In this document: piece after piece, positions 50,081-59,284 of the stretch
Numbering within the stretch: the first letter of the stretch is position 1
Layout of the letters: every line of letters starts with the position of its first letter
Assembly (NCBI GenBank): GCA_963699755.1
Contig: CAVOVB010000001.1
Coordinates: forward strand, 864,001-928,000
Direction: 5' to 3'
DNA: 64,000 nt
DNA from: an uncultured delta proteobacterium
GTDB lineage: Bacteria > Myxococcota_A > Polyangia > Polyangiales > Houyiibacteriaceae
The notes under the pieces: generated by a model
Databases searched by the model: none
What the model was told of the DNA's origin: nothing
Seen by the model: only the letters and a program-made list of their open reading frames with translations
Translations under genes and position numbers: made by a program

Positions 50081-51520
50081 ATGTCGGAGATGCCCCTTTT
50101 CGAGCGTCTTCAGAGCGATGACCCTGATGGCGATGAACATGTCTTCCGGGTCAGCGAAGTCAACCGCGCGGTGCGCCTCACGCTCGAGGAGCATTGGGGG
50201 AAGGTGCTCATCGAAGGCGAGCTGTCCGACGTGCGGCGCGCGAAGGGTCACGTGTACTTCACTCTCAACGACGAGGAAGACCCGGCGCAGCTTCGTGGCG
50301 TGATGTTCCAGTCCGACGTGAAGCGCACGAAGGCACCCCTCGAGAACGGGGCGCGCATTCGGTTCCGCGGGACGCTCTCGCTCTATACGGCGCGCGGTCA
50401 GTTTCAGCTGATCGCACGCTCGGCACAGCTCGCCGGCGAAGGCGACCTCGCCGCCCAGTTTCGAAGGCTCCGCGCGAAGCTCGAGGCGGAGGGCCTGCTC
50501 GACGCGGCAAAAAAACGCCGGCTGCCCGCGCTGCCGCGTCGGGTAGGGGTCGTCACGAGCCGAGCGGGCGCCGCCTTGCGAGACATCATTCGGGTCGCTT
50601 CGGAACGCTGCCCGGTGCAGATCCTCGTCGCCGACTGCCGAGTCCAGGGTGAGGACGCGCCGGCGAGCATCATATCGGCGCTCGAGCTCATTCAGCGAGT
50701 CGAGGATCTGGACGTCGTGATCATCTCGCGCGGCGGCGGTTCCGCAGAGGATCTCTGGGCGTTCAACGATGAAGGCGTGGCGCGCGCGATCGCAGCGTGC
50801 CGAGTGCCGGTCGTGAGCGGCGTCGGCCACGAGGTCGACATGACGATCGCCGACCTGGTTGCGGACCTGCGAGCGGCAACTCCGTCTAACGCCGCAGAGA
50901 TCGTCGTACCCGCGCGAGCGGCGCTCCTCCGAGACCTGCGATCCTGGGAGCGTCGATTGCAGCAGGCACTCGACAATCGAATCGGCGGCCTTCGTCTTCG
51001 CCTCGAACGCCAGCTTCGCCCGCTCTACGGCGCACGACGCGTCATCACCCCGATTCGTCGCGAGCTCCGCGATCTCCAAGAACAGCTTCAGCAGACGCAG
51101 CGCGCCGAGCTTCGCGAGAAGCGCGAACGGCTCGGAGAGCTCAATCGACGCCTGATGCGCTTGGACCCTCGATCGGTGCTCAGGCGCGATCAGCGCGGGC
51201 TCGCCTCGCTCAGCTCCAAGCTCCGAGACGCGGGCCGCTTACCGATGCGCCATCGCCGTGATCAACTGCTCGCGCTCGAGTTCCGGCTCAAAGGCCGCGG
51301 TCGGCCGATGATCCAGCAGGCACGCGCATCACACGCGGAGCTCGGCGCACAGTTGGACGCGCTCTCACCTCTGCGGGTGCTCGAACGAGGCTATGCCATT
51401 GCGATCCACGAGGCGACCGGCCGTGCGGTTCGGAGCCGGTTTGACGTGAAGGAAGGCGACCGGCTTCGCGTCCGAGTGTCCGATGGAGAGTTTGGCGCAA
51501 AGGTCGAAAGCCATGACTAG
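50081..51520 (+). CDS. xseA: Exodeoxyribonuclease VII large subunit
   Basis: EGELSD..GHVYFTL, GVVTSRAGAALRD, RGGGSAEDLWAFNDE, SGVGHEVD, TPSNAAE, LSPLRVLERGY. Confidence 0.97.
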   Translation: MSEMPLFERLQSDDPDGDEHVFRVSEVNRAVRLTLEEHWGKVLIEGELSDVRRAKGHVYFTLNDEEDPAQLRGVMFQSDVKRTKAPLENGARIRFRGTLSLYTARGQFQLIARSAQLAGEGDLAAQFRRLRAKLEAEGLLDAAKKRRLPALPRRVGVVTSRAGAALRDIIRVASERCPVQILVADCRVQGEDAPASIISALELIQRVEDLDVVIISRGGGSAEDLWAFNDEGVARAIAACRVPVVSGVGHEVDMTIADLVADLRAATPSNAAEIVVPARAALLRDLRSWERRLQQALDNRIGGLRLRLERQLRPLYGARRVITPIRRELRDLQEQLQQTQRAELREKRERLGELNRRLMRLDPRSVLRRDQRGLASLSSKLRDAGRLPMRHRRDQLLALEFRLKGRGRPMIQQARASHAELGAQLDALSPLRVLERGYAIAIHEATGRAVRSRFDVKEGDRLRVRVSDGEFGAKVESHD

Positions 51521-52355
51521 TCCGATTCGACTCGGCATTTTCGGATGGCCGGTCGCCCATTCGAAGTCGCCGCAGATGCACGAGGCGGCCGCGCGCGCCC
51601 TCGGGGTCGAGCTTCGCTACGAGCGCTTCGAGGTCGCCCCCGAGGATTTGGCCGCAGCAATTGCCGCCAAGCACGCGGCGGGGATCCGAGGCTACAACCT
51701 CACCGTCCCGCACAAAGAAGCGATGATGTCGCTCATCGAGGACGTTGCGCCTGCTGCCCGGGCCATTGGCGCCGTCAACACCGTCGTCGGCGCTGATGGC
51801 CAGTACCTCGGGTACAACACGGACGCCCCGGGCTTGGTGCGATCGCTCGAAGACGCTGGTGTTTCGATCAGCGGCGCACGCGTCGTCGTGCTCGGCGCAG
51901 GGGGCGCGGCGCGTGCGGCGGTCATGGGCCTGGCCGAAGCGGGCGCGGCCGAGATCCGTGTGCTCTCTCGGAGGACCAAGCAGAGTGAAGCGCTTTGCCG
52001 ATCGATGGCCGACGCGGTCGGCTGCAGTCTGGAGGCGGCACCGCTCGGGGAAGCCGGCCGTCATTTCAGGGGTGCCAGCTTGCTCGTTCAGGCTACCAGC
52101 GCGACTCTGGGGTCGAACCCAGACGCCCGAGCGTTCGCGGATTCTCTCCCGATCGAAGCCTTGCCCATCGGAGCGGCGGTCGTCGACCTGGTGTACAAGC
52201 CGCTCAAAACCACACTGCTCGCACGCGCTGACGCGCGCGGCCTCCACACAATCGACGGCCTCGGGATGCTGCTCCACCAAGGTGCGATCGCTTTCGAGAT
52301 GTGGACTGGGCTCGAGCCGCCCCTCGACGTCATGCGTGCCGCGTTGAACGACTGA
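51513..52355 (+). CDS. aroE: Shikimate dehydrogenase
   Basis: GWPVAHSKSPQMH, NLTVPHK, GAVNT, GYNTD, GAGGAARA, DLVYKP, GLGMLLHQG. Confidence 0.96.
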   Translation: MTSPIRLGIFGWPVAHSKSPQMHEAAARALGVELRYERFEVAPEDLAAAIAAKHAAGIRGYNLTVPHKEAMMSLIEDVAPAARAIGAVNTVVGADGQYLGYNTDAPGLVRSLEDAGVSISGARVVVLGAGGAARAAVMGLAEAGAAEIRVLSRRTKQSEALCRSMADAVGCSLEAAPLGEAGRHFRGASLLVQATSATLGSNPDARAFADSLPIEALPIGAAVVDLVYKPLKTTLLARADARGLHTIDGLGMLLHQGAIAFEMWTGLEPPLDVMRAALND

Positions 52356-52436
52356 CCGCGTTCACATCCGCACCCGTCCATAGCCACGATCGGTGTTCGC
52401 GTGTCCCTTGCTCACGGAGCTTCCGGCGTGGGTCGA

Positions 52437-52916
52437 TCATTCGCCGTCGAGCTCCGCGACCCCAAACATCTCAGCGGCGTGCACGAACACCAGCTCTTCG
52501 GCTTCCATCACGGGATCGGGTGACGCGTCGATCCCGACGGTGCAATCCTCGATTGCGAAAAACTCCTCGGATTGCATCAGCTCGTCGGAAACGCGCGCGC
52601 CTTTCGGCAGGCGCAGCGTTCCCATCACCAGGCCACCGGCAAACAAGCACGCAACTTCGTGACGCTCGCGCCCATCGTCTCCGTGAAGCCCGAGAGCCGC
52701 CTCTTCCCCTGGCACGACGAGCCACACCGCCTTGCGCTGCAATGCTAGAAACGGAATCGTCTGTGGTTGTGCCGGCAGACTGACATTCGTCATCCTAAAA
52801 AATGCCTCGCCCCCATTCAAGAAAGGCAACAACGCCATCCCCTCCGGGACATGCAAGGTCCCAATCACCCAACCCGTGGGCGTGAACAAGCGCACAGTGG
52901 TCACAGAAGGAGACAC
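52437..52916 (-). CDS. Hypothetical protein with two tandem copies of a small beta-rich domain (DUF6812-like)
   Basis: VIGTLHVPEGMALLPFLNGGEAFFRMT aligns with VMGTLRLPKGARVSDELMQSEEFFAIE; start uncertain (52916 or 52904). Confidence 0.6.
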   Translation of the reverse strand: MSPSVTTVRLFTPTGWVIGTLHVPEGMALLPFLNGGEAFFRMTNVSLPAQPQTIPFLALQRKAVWLVVPGEEAALGLHGDDGRERHEVACLFAGGLVMGTLRLPKGARVSDELMQSEEFFAIEDCTVGIDASPDPVMEAEELVFVHAAEMFGVAELDGE

Positions 52917-52945
52917 TCTCCGGATTCTAAATACCTGATCTTGGT

Positions 52946-54445
52946 CTAGGTGTCGCCTACGTGTTTGGCTACGGTGCGACGGTCGATGCCCAGGACTTCG
53001 CCGGCGCGGCTGTAGCTGCCCTGTCGTTCGTAGACCCAGCGACTGTAGACACCGACCACCTGGTCGAGGGTGGCGTTGGCGCTTCGCATCTGTTCGACGA
53101 GGGAGTCGAGGGGGCCGCCCTCTTGGGGGCCCTTTGCCGGGAGGTACTGCCCATGTATCAAGAGGTTCCGGACGCACTGCTCGAGCTCGCGAATGTTGCC
53201 GGGCCATGGGTAGTCATCGCCGACGCTTCGCTCGATCCCGGACATGACCTCCTCGAAGCTCGCGCGATCCGCATCGCCCAGCGCGCGTTGAATCAGCACC
53301 TCGACCAGGTGACCCAGCTCGCCACGGTCGCCGGCAAGCTGCTCCTTGAGCGAAGGCGTCCGGATCACGTCCGCACAAAGGCGATAGTACAGGTCCTCGC
53401 GAAAGCGCCCCATTTGCATTTCACGCGACAGGTCTCGGTTGGTAGCGGCCACTACTTTGCCGCCGAAGCTTCTCGCTTCGCTGTCTCCCAGTCGGTGAAA
53501 CGTCCGCGACTGCAAGACCCTCAGTAGCTTCACTTGCACTTCCCGATCGAGCTCGCCGATCTCGTCCATGAAGATCGTTTCGCTCGACGACCGCCCTTCG
53601 AGGTGGCCCATGCGATCCGCGTTTGCCCCCGTGAACGCGCCTTTCTTGTGCCCAAAGAGCTCTGATTCGATCAGCGTCTTCGACATCGCCGCGAGATGAA
53701 GCGGATGGAACGCCGTTCGGAAGTCGCGAGCGAAGCGGCGTCTCTGGGCATCGAAGGGGATGAATGACGAGAAGCCGATCGCGCTCGCAACGAGCTCTTT
53801 ACCGGTTCCGGAGGGCCCCAAGATCAAAGTGCTCGCCTCATGCATGCGACCTTGGAGCTGACGCAAATAGCGCCAGGGGTCGTGCGTGAACAAAGACTCC
53901 CAGACAGTCGCCCGCAACCTCGCCGCAGCGACCGAGGTGCCTAGGATCTGATGGAAGACGAAGTGAAAGGCGCGCCGTGTCTGAAAGAAGAGCGCGAACA
54001 AGTCGGCGGGCTCGCGCGCCCAAGCAGGTGGGCCCACGTGCCGAAACAGCTCACCGAAGTCGTTCTCGAACGCCTCGTAGCAGCCTACGGCCTCCGTGGG
54101 AGCGTCCGCGATGATCGATTCGTAGAGCGCGGCTTCGTGCCGGTAGTAGAGGACGTACAACGCGACCCCTCTAATCAGCGCGCGGTCCGCTTCGCTGTAT
54201 CGTGTGCCGTTCTCGAAACCGGCCTGCGCGGCCGCCATCTCCCGTTCGGCTTCTTTCTGAATCGCTGGGAGCGCCGGATCCCCGAGCGGCCAGTCCAGGG
54301 CCCGACTCCAGGGGGAGGATCGCGCCACCCGCTCGCCCACGATGACCGCCTCGAGCTTCGGCCGCTCCGGGCCAAATGGATTGGTGAAGCCCAGCTCCCC
54401 AATCGCGCTTAGGCGGGCAGCCTTCTGGGAGTCGAACATGTGCAT
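52946..54445 (-). CDS. Sigma54 enhancer-binding protein (PspF-like position) with unrecognised N-terminal domain
   Basis: GPSGTGKE, ESELFGHKKGAFTGA, MDEIGE, REDLYYRL, WPGNIRELE, HTH; ~190-aa N-terminal region; divergent from pspA. Confidence 0.92.
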   Translation of the reverse strand: MHMFDSQKAARLSAIGELGFTNPFGPERPKLEAVIVGERVARSSPWSRALDWPLGDPALPAIQKEAEREMAAAQAGFENGTRYSEADRALIRGVALYVLYYRHEAALYESIIADAPTEAVGCYEAFENDFGELFRHVGPPAWAREPADLFALFFQTRRAFHFVFHQILGTSVAAARLRATVWESLFTHDPWRYLRQLQGRMHEASTLILGPSGTGKELVASAIGFSSFIPFDAQRRRFARDFRTAFHPLHLAAMSKTLIESELFGHKKGAFTGANADRMGHLEGRSSSETIFMDEIGELDREVQVKLLRVLQSRTFHRLGDSEARSFGGKVVAATNRDLSREMQMGRFREDLYYRLCADVIRTPSLKEQLAGDRGELGHLVEVLIQRALGDADRASFEEVMSGIERSVGDDYPWPGNIRELEQCVRNLLIHGQYLPAKGPQEGGPLDSLVEQMRSANATLDQVVGVYSRWVYERQGSYSRAGEVLGIDRRTVAKHVGDT

Positions 54446-54466
54446 AAAGCGTACAGGATTTGTGCA
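54441..54466. promoter_or_regulatory. Candidate upstream activator site (imperfect inverted repeat)
   Basis: TGCATAAA-N10-TTTGTGCA about 100 bp before the predicted pspA start site; overlaps the activator's own start. Confidence 0.4.
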
Positions 54467-54527
54467 TTCTATGTATCGTTCTGGGATGTCTGAGCCCCTT
54501 TCATCAATGTTTTCGATGTCTTATATC

Positions 54528-54544
54528 TTGGCACGCTCCCTGCT
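54528..54544 (+). promoter_or_regulatory. Sigma54 -24/-12 promoter for pspA operon
   Basis: TTGGCACGCTCCCTGCT: GG 54530-31, N10, GC 54542-43; SD GGAGG then ATG 54567. Confidence 0.85.
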
Positions 54545-54566
54545 CTATCGGCCGCAGGAGGTATCG

Positions 54567-55202
54567 ATGAATCGAATGAAGCGATGGACGATGAGTGTGA
54601 CGAGCTGGGTCGATGGGGTGCTCGCCCAGGTGGAGAACCACGACGCGGCGGTGAGCGCGGCGATCGGCCGGGTTCGCCAATCCACGGCTCGGGCGCGCGT
54701 TCAGCTCAAACGGGTGGAACGCGACCAGGAAGGCCTGAGGCAGAGCCTCGCTCGGGAAGAGCAGGCGGTCGAAGCTTGGCGCCGCCGGGCGAAGTCCGCC
54801 GACGACGAGGAGGTCGCACTCGAATGCATGCGCCGGTTCAAAGCATCCGAGCGTCGGCTCCAGCAGCTACGGCAGCGGCTGGTGGAGCACGAGCGTTCTC
54901 ACAAAGAGCTCAGCGAAGGCATCCGGATGTTGAACGCGCGTCTCTCCGAGCTCACCGAACGCAAGAACCTGATGCGCACCCGCCAATCACGCGCGGAGGC
55001 CGCTCACGGCATGGCGAGCACCGCCGGACCGATCGGCGACCTCGAGGACGTCTTCGACCGATGGGAGACGCGGGTCGGTGAGATCGAGATCGCGTCGAAA
55101 TGCGCAGAGCCGATCGACGCATTCGAAGCCGAGCTCGAGTCGATCGACGAGAGCGCCGATCTTCGGCTCGAGCTCGAAGAGCTGCGCGCAGAGGAGATCT
55201 AG
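54567..55202 (+). CDS. pspA: PspA/IM30 family protein
   Basis: 211-aa coiled coil: QVENHDA, WRRRAK..DEEVALEC, RLSELTERKNLMRTRQSRAEA, FDRWETRV. Confidence 0.85.
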   Translation: MNRMKRWTMSVTSWVDGVLAQVENHDAAVSAAIGRVRQSTARARVQLKRVERDQEGLRQSLAREEQAVEAWRRRAKSADDEEVALECMRRFKASERRLQQLRQRLVEHERSHKELSEGIRMLNARLSELTERKNLMRTRQSRAEAAHGMASTAGPIGDLEDVFDRWETRVGEIEIASKCAEPIDAFEAELESIDESADLRLELEELRAEEI

Positions 55203-55210
55203 AGAGCGCC

Positions 55211-56467
55211 ATGGACACCCGACTTCAACGACTCTTTCAAATGTTGCGTTGGTTTGGCGCGGCGATGATCGTCGCCGCTGCAGGAACGTTCCTGGTTCAA
55301 AGCTGGGAACAGGTGGGCGACGTAACCCGCTACCTCGCGCTCCTCGGCATGACAGCGCTTCTGCCGGCGCTCGCCTACATCTGCGGCATTCGATTGCAGG
55401 AAGGCCGGACCGCGCGCGTCCTGATGCTCACCCTCCTCGCGCTCGTCCCGATCCACGCAGGCCTGCTCGGAGGCTTCGTCTTGTCGCAGTTTGGGACGAC
55501 GACCAGGACCCTCGGGCCCGTGGCACAGTGGGTCGCGCCCAGCCCGCAGGCGGCGCTCCTGCTCGTCGCTGGCGCTGCAGTCGCCTTGATTCCTTTGATT
55601 TGGGCGGCCTTCCGAGTCCTCTCGCGTCCTCACGCGCGCCTGCTCAGCACAGCAAGCGCGGCGAGTCATGCGCTCTTGCTTGTTCCCGATCGCAGCGCTC
55701 TTGCCGCAACCCTGATCATCGTTCCCATGCTTGGAGCCACGGCTTGGTGTGCTGCTCGCATCAAGCCGCAAACCCTCGAGTCACGACTCGCGGTCGCCTC
55801 CCTCGTGGTGCCGGCCGCGGTCCTCGCAGCGCGCCAAGTTCTCTTCTACGATGTCTCGAGCACATTCTGGGGGACCCTCTTGGGAACCGCGGCCATCGCG
55901 CTCTTCACACTCGGAAAAGAGATCGCTGATGGAACGATCGAACGATTCGCAATCGTGCCAACCCTCCTTTGCATCGCTGCCTTCATCGATGCGACTGTCC
56001 CCTTGTGGGCGCCCAGGTCGCTGTCGAGCACTTGGCTGATATACGGTCTCTTCTCGGCCGTTCCGCTGCTCGGATTCGCCTGGACCAGTGTGCGCTCGAA
56101 GGCGTTTTTCCTGGGAGCCGCAGTGATCCTGAACGCGACCACGGCAACCACCACCCTGCTCCTGGCCCCGCGCGCCTGGGCGGCCCTTGAGGCCATCGCC
56201 CTTGGCCTCGGCGTCTTGAGCTACGGTTTCGTGAAAGGCCGGCGCGTCCCCCTCTATGCGGGGATCGCACTCGCCGGCTTCGGCTTCGTCATCGAAGTCG
56301 TCCACGCCATCGAAGCCTTCGAGGCCAGCGGCTGGCTGGCGCTCGCCAGCTTCGGCGCGGCGCTGCTGGGGCTCAGCGCCTGGCTGGAGCGCCGGGCGCG
56401 ATCGGTCCGTCACGCCGGGGCCGCTGCCAATCTGTCCCGGCCGGTTTCGGGCGGCCTGTCACAATGA
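55211..56467 (+). CDS. Polytopic membrane protein (DUF2157-like N-terminal region)
   Basis: About a dozen hydrophobic segments; LRWFGAAMIVAAAGTFLVQSW..RY; 8 nt after pspA. Confidence 0.75.
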   Translation: MDTRLQRLFQMLRWFGAAMIVAAAGTFLVQSWEQVGDVTRYLALLGMTALLPALAYICGIRLQEGRTARVLMLTLLALVPIHAGLLGGFVLSQFGTTTRTLGPVAQWVAPSPQAALLLVAGAAVALIPLIWAAFRVLSRPHARLLSTASAASHALLLVPDRSALAATLIIVPMLGATAWCAARIKPQTLESRLAVASLVVPAAVLAARQVLFYDVSSTFWGTLLGTAAIALFTLGKEIADGTIERFAIVPTLLCIAAFIDATVPLWAPRSLSSTWLIYGLFSAVPLLGFAWTSVRSKAFFLGAAVILNATTATTTLLLAPRAWAALEAIALGLGVLSYGFVKGRRVPLYAGIALAGFGFVIEVVHAIEAFEASGWLALASFGAALLGLSAWLERRARSVRHAGAAANLSRPVSGGLSQ

Positions 56468-56532
56468 CAGTCAAGCATGCGAAAACGGCCACGTTTCGCT
56501 CGAAATCAAACGGTAAATCGGTGTCCGGGGCG

Positions 56533-56550
56533 CTGGCACGGCGCCTGCAT
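56533..56550 (+). promoter_or_regulatory. Second sigma54 -24/-12 promoter
   Basis: CTGGCACGGCGCCTGCAT: GG 56535-36, N10, GC 56547-48; palindrome CTGTCA-N3-TGACAG at 56456-56470 upstream. Confidence 0.75.
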
Positions 56551-56564
56551 GACCCAGAGCAGTC

Positions 56565-57005
56565 ATGAAGCGAACGGGTTTCTATCTCCTTGTCATCCTC
56601 TCGATCGCGGTCGGGGTCGCTCTGGTGGCCGACGCCATGGTGGTCACCGACCGCGAACGAATGGATGAGTTCATCGACTCGGTGACAGGACGGATTTCCG
56701 GAACGCGGATCGACAACGCGTTGCGCTACGCGAATCCCTCGAAGGTGACGGTCGAGCTCGTGCACGACGGCCACAGCCGTCGCTACAGCGACCGCAACGC
56801 TGCCGCACTCAAGCCTGACGCTCGCAAAGCCTTGGCCTCGCTCGAAGGCTCGAGGCTCCACCTCATCCAGGAAAGCGTCTCGCTCGATGGCGAGCGTGCA
56901 CGCATCGCACTGCGCCTTCGCACCGACGCCGGGCTCGCCAACACCGTCTTCGATCTCCGTCGACAAAACGACGAGTGGATCCTCCGTCGCGTGATCGTCA
57001 ACTAG
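56565..57005 (+). CDS. Membrane-anchored hypothetical protein, possible NTF2-like fold
   Basis: N-terminal TM, VTDRERM, ends VSLDGERARIAL..FDLRRQNDEWILRRV. Confidence 0.65.
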   Translation: MKRTGFYLLVILSIAVGVALVADAMVVTDRERMDEFIDSVTGRISGTRIDNALRYANPSKVTVELVHDGHSRRYSDRNAAALKPDARKALASLEGSRLHLIQESVSLDGERARIALRLRTDAGLANTVFDLRRQNDEWILRRVIVN

Positions 57006-57292
57006 CTCGGCTCGAAACAAACGTCCGCCGCGCGGACTCCGCGCACGCGCAGCACCTTGATGCGCGCACGGGCGCCACGAACGATCTCGACGTCGGACTT
57101 CGACACGCCAAGCGCCTTAGCGAGGAGCTTCCGGAGGGATTCGTTTGCCGCGCCATCGACCGGCGGCGCGCTGAGCGCAACTTTGAGCGCGCCATCTTGA
57201 ACACCGATGACCCGAGTGCGACTCGCGCGCGGCGCAACCCGCACCTCGAACGTGACCGAACCATCCTGTTCCCGAATGTCGAGCTCGCTCAT
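57002..57292 (-). CDS. yggU: DUF167 (YggU) family protein
   Basis: VRVAPRASR, LKVALSAPPVDGAAN, LGVSKSDVEIVRG. Confidence 0.9.
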   Translation of the reverse strand: MSELDIREQDGSVTFEVRVAPRASRTRVIGVQDGALKVALSAPPVDGAANESLRKLLAKALGVSKSDVEIVRGARARIKVLRVRGVRAADVCFEPS

Positions 57293-57346
57293 CGCAGAAC
57301 CAAGCCCACTTGACCCCTGGGCCGAACCCAGCGAGATTTCCGCGCG

Positions 57347-58360
57347 ATGCATCCGGTCTTGTTCAGCATTCCAACGCCCTGGGGCGCGATTCCCATTTAC
57401 TCCTACGGCGTGATGTTGGGAAGCAGCCTGCTCTTTGCCTGGTACTACATCCTGTACATGGGCAAGAAGGTCGAGGGCTACAACCGAGAGCTGCTCGCGA
57501 GCTGCTTCACCTGGACCGCCGTCGGCGCGATCGTCGGTGCCCGTCTGCTCTACATCCTCACCAACCCGGACTCCTACGACAGCTTCGCGTCCTGGTTCGA
57601 CCTTCGCTCGGGCGGCCTGGTGGCCTACGGCGGTTTCCTCGGCGGCTTCGTCACGGCCTTGATCTTCTGGCGAATCAAGAAGATTCCTCTCCTCCCTTTC
57701 GCCGACATCGCCGTGCCCACGCTCGCATCGGGGCTCATGCTCACGCGCGTGGGCTGCTACCTCTACGGATGTGACTACGGTCGTCCGCTCGAAGAGAGCG
57801 CGCCCGGCTGGCTGCAGAGGGCAGGGACCTTCCCGAAGTGGGACAGCGATGCTTATCCGTCGTTTGCCTGCGACCAGACGATCAACGGCTCACCCGCGTA
57901 TCAGCACCATCTAGAAGAATACCCCGACCTCATGGTCGATCGCCTGAGCTCGCTCGCCGTGCACCCGACGCAGATCTACGAATCGATCGCCGGCCTCGCG
58001 CTTTTCATCTTCGCTACCTGGCTGCTCACCCACCGCAAATTCCGGGGCCAAGTTCTCGTGACGGTCGCGGCGCTCTACGGCGTTTGGCGCTTCTTCATCG
58101 AATACCTGCGCGACGACCTCGGTCGCGGCTCTGCTTTTGGCTTCTCGACTTCTCAACTGATCTCGATGGCGCTGATTCCGGTCTGCATCATCGCCTATGT
58201 CCACCTCAAAAAGCGCGCTGACGAGAAGGGCGACATCGAGCTCCCGCCCTGGGCGCGCCATGCCGCTAGCGAAGCTGCTGCACAAGCGACGGGCGCAAAG
58301 AGCAGCCGTCCCGAGAAGTACAGGCCCAAGAAGATCAAGAAGCTCAAAAAGAAGAGCTAG
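57347..58360 (+). CDS. lgt: Prolipoprotein diacylglyceryl transferase
   Basis: YSYGVM, GARLLY, GGLVAYGG, RVGCYLYGCDYG, HPTQIYES, RFFIEYLR. Confidence 0.95.
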   Translation: MHPVLFSIPTPWGAIPIYSYGVMLGSSLLFAWYYILYMGKKVEGYNRELLASCFTWTAVGAIVGARLLYILTNPDSYDSFASWFDLRSGGLVAYGGFLGGFVTALIFWRIKKIPLLPFADIAVPTLASGLMLTRVGCYLYGCDYGRPLEESAPGWLQRAGTFPKWDSDAYPSFACDQTINGSPAYQHHLEEYPDLMVDRLSSLAVHPTQIYESIAGLALFIFATWLLTHRKFRGQVLVTVAALYGVWRFFIEYLRDDLGRGSAFGFSTSQLISMALIPVCIIAYVHLKKRADEKGDIELPPWARHAASEAAAQATGAKSSRPEKYRPKKIKKLKKKS

Positions 58361-58366
58361 CCGCGG

Positions 58367-59284
58367 TCACTGTTCGCTGGGCTGCTTGGCGCGGTTGAAC
58401 GCTTCGAGCACGCGCGGCGAAGTGCGCACCGTGTCGAGCTCGAGGTTTGGCTGAAGGGCGAGGGCTGCGCGAAACGACGCTTCGGCGAGGTCTGCGCGTT
58501 CGAGGGCAACGTAGGCCACCGCCAGCTCCTTCTCGATGGTCACCAGCTGTGTCGAGCTCAGGCCCTGCGTCCCGAGAAGCCGGTTCCCAAGGGCCACCGC
58601 TTCGGCGAACTGGGCTTTTTCCACCTGTTGAATGAGCTCCGGGAGCGAGCTCTCGACTTCATCTTGCGCCTCTTTGGCCGCTCCGCCCGCGGCAGCAAGC
58701 AGAAACGCCGACGAGGCCTCGGTCTGACCTTCGCCCGCGAGCCTCAAGTCGAACAAGGGGACCAAGACGACCTGGCCGCGCTCGATTCGCGCGCCCGGAT
58801 TGAAGCTTCGTATGCGCTTCACCGACAGTGGGCTGTCGGGCATGTACATCTTCGCGATGGTCGCGAGCGTCTCGCCCGGCCCCACGACGTGGCGTAGCGG
58901 GTAGGGGACCAGAAGCTCGGCCCCTTCATCGGGTTCGAGGCGCCGGTTGCCCTTGTTCGCCTCGATCAAAGTCGCCGCCCTCGACGGCAGCCCATAAAAC
59001 CGGGTGGCGATCGACTTCCAAGTGTCGTCCTTGGCTACGCGGTAGAAGCTGACCATCGGAATGAAGATCCAGCTCCCGGGCAAGAGGCCCTTGGTCCCGG
59101 CACCCTTCGTCGGGTTCGCTTCACGTAAGACCGCGTCACGCGTGGGATCTCCATAGTAGCGCTGCGCGATCGACGCGAGGGTGTCACCCTCCTGCACCGC
59201 GTGCGTGTACACCGGTTGCGCTCCTGCGCCTGCAGACAGGCCAAAAGCCACGACGAGCAAAGCGGACGCCAAGCCTCGCTTCAT
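58367..59284 (-). CDS. Exported protein with three LysM domains and TPR-like C-terminus
   Basis: Signal peptide; HAVQEGDTLASIAQRYYG, YRVAKDDTWKSIATRFYG, HVVGPGETLATIAKMY; AEASFRAALALQP..SPRVLEAF. Confidence 0.88.
   Translation of the reverse strand: MKRGLASALLVVAFGLSAGAGAQPVYTHAVQEGDTLASIAQRYYGDPTRDAVLREANPTKGAGTKGLLPGSWIFIPMVSFYRVAKDDTWKSIATRFYGLPSRAATLIEANKGNRRLEPDEGAELLVPYPLRHVVGPGETLATIAKMYMPDSPLSVKRIRSFNPGARIERGQVVLVPLFDLRLAGEGQTEASSAFLLAAAGGAAKEAQDEVESSLPELIQQVEKAQFAEAVALGNRLLGTQGLSSTQLVTIEKELAVAYVALERADLAEASFRAALALQPNLELDTVRTSPRVLEAFNRAKQPSEQ

Noticed and set aside
50081..51520. xseA without adjacent xseB
   Set aside because: The two genes are often unlinked; absence from the window is uninformative
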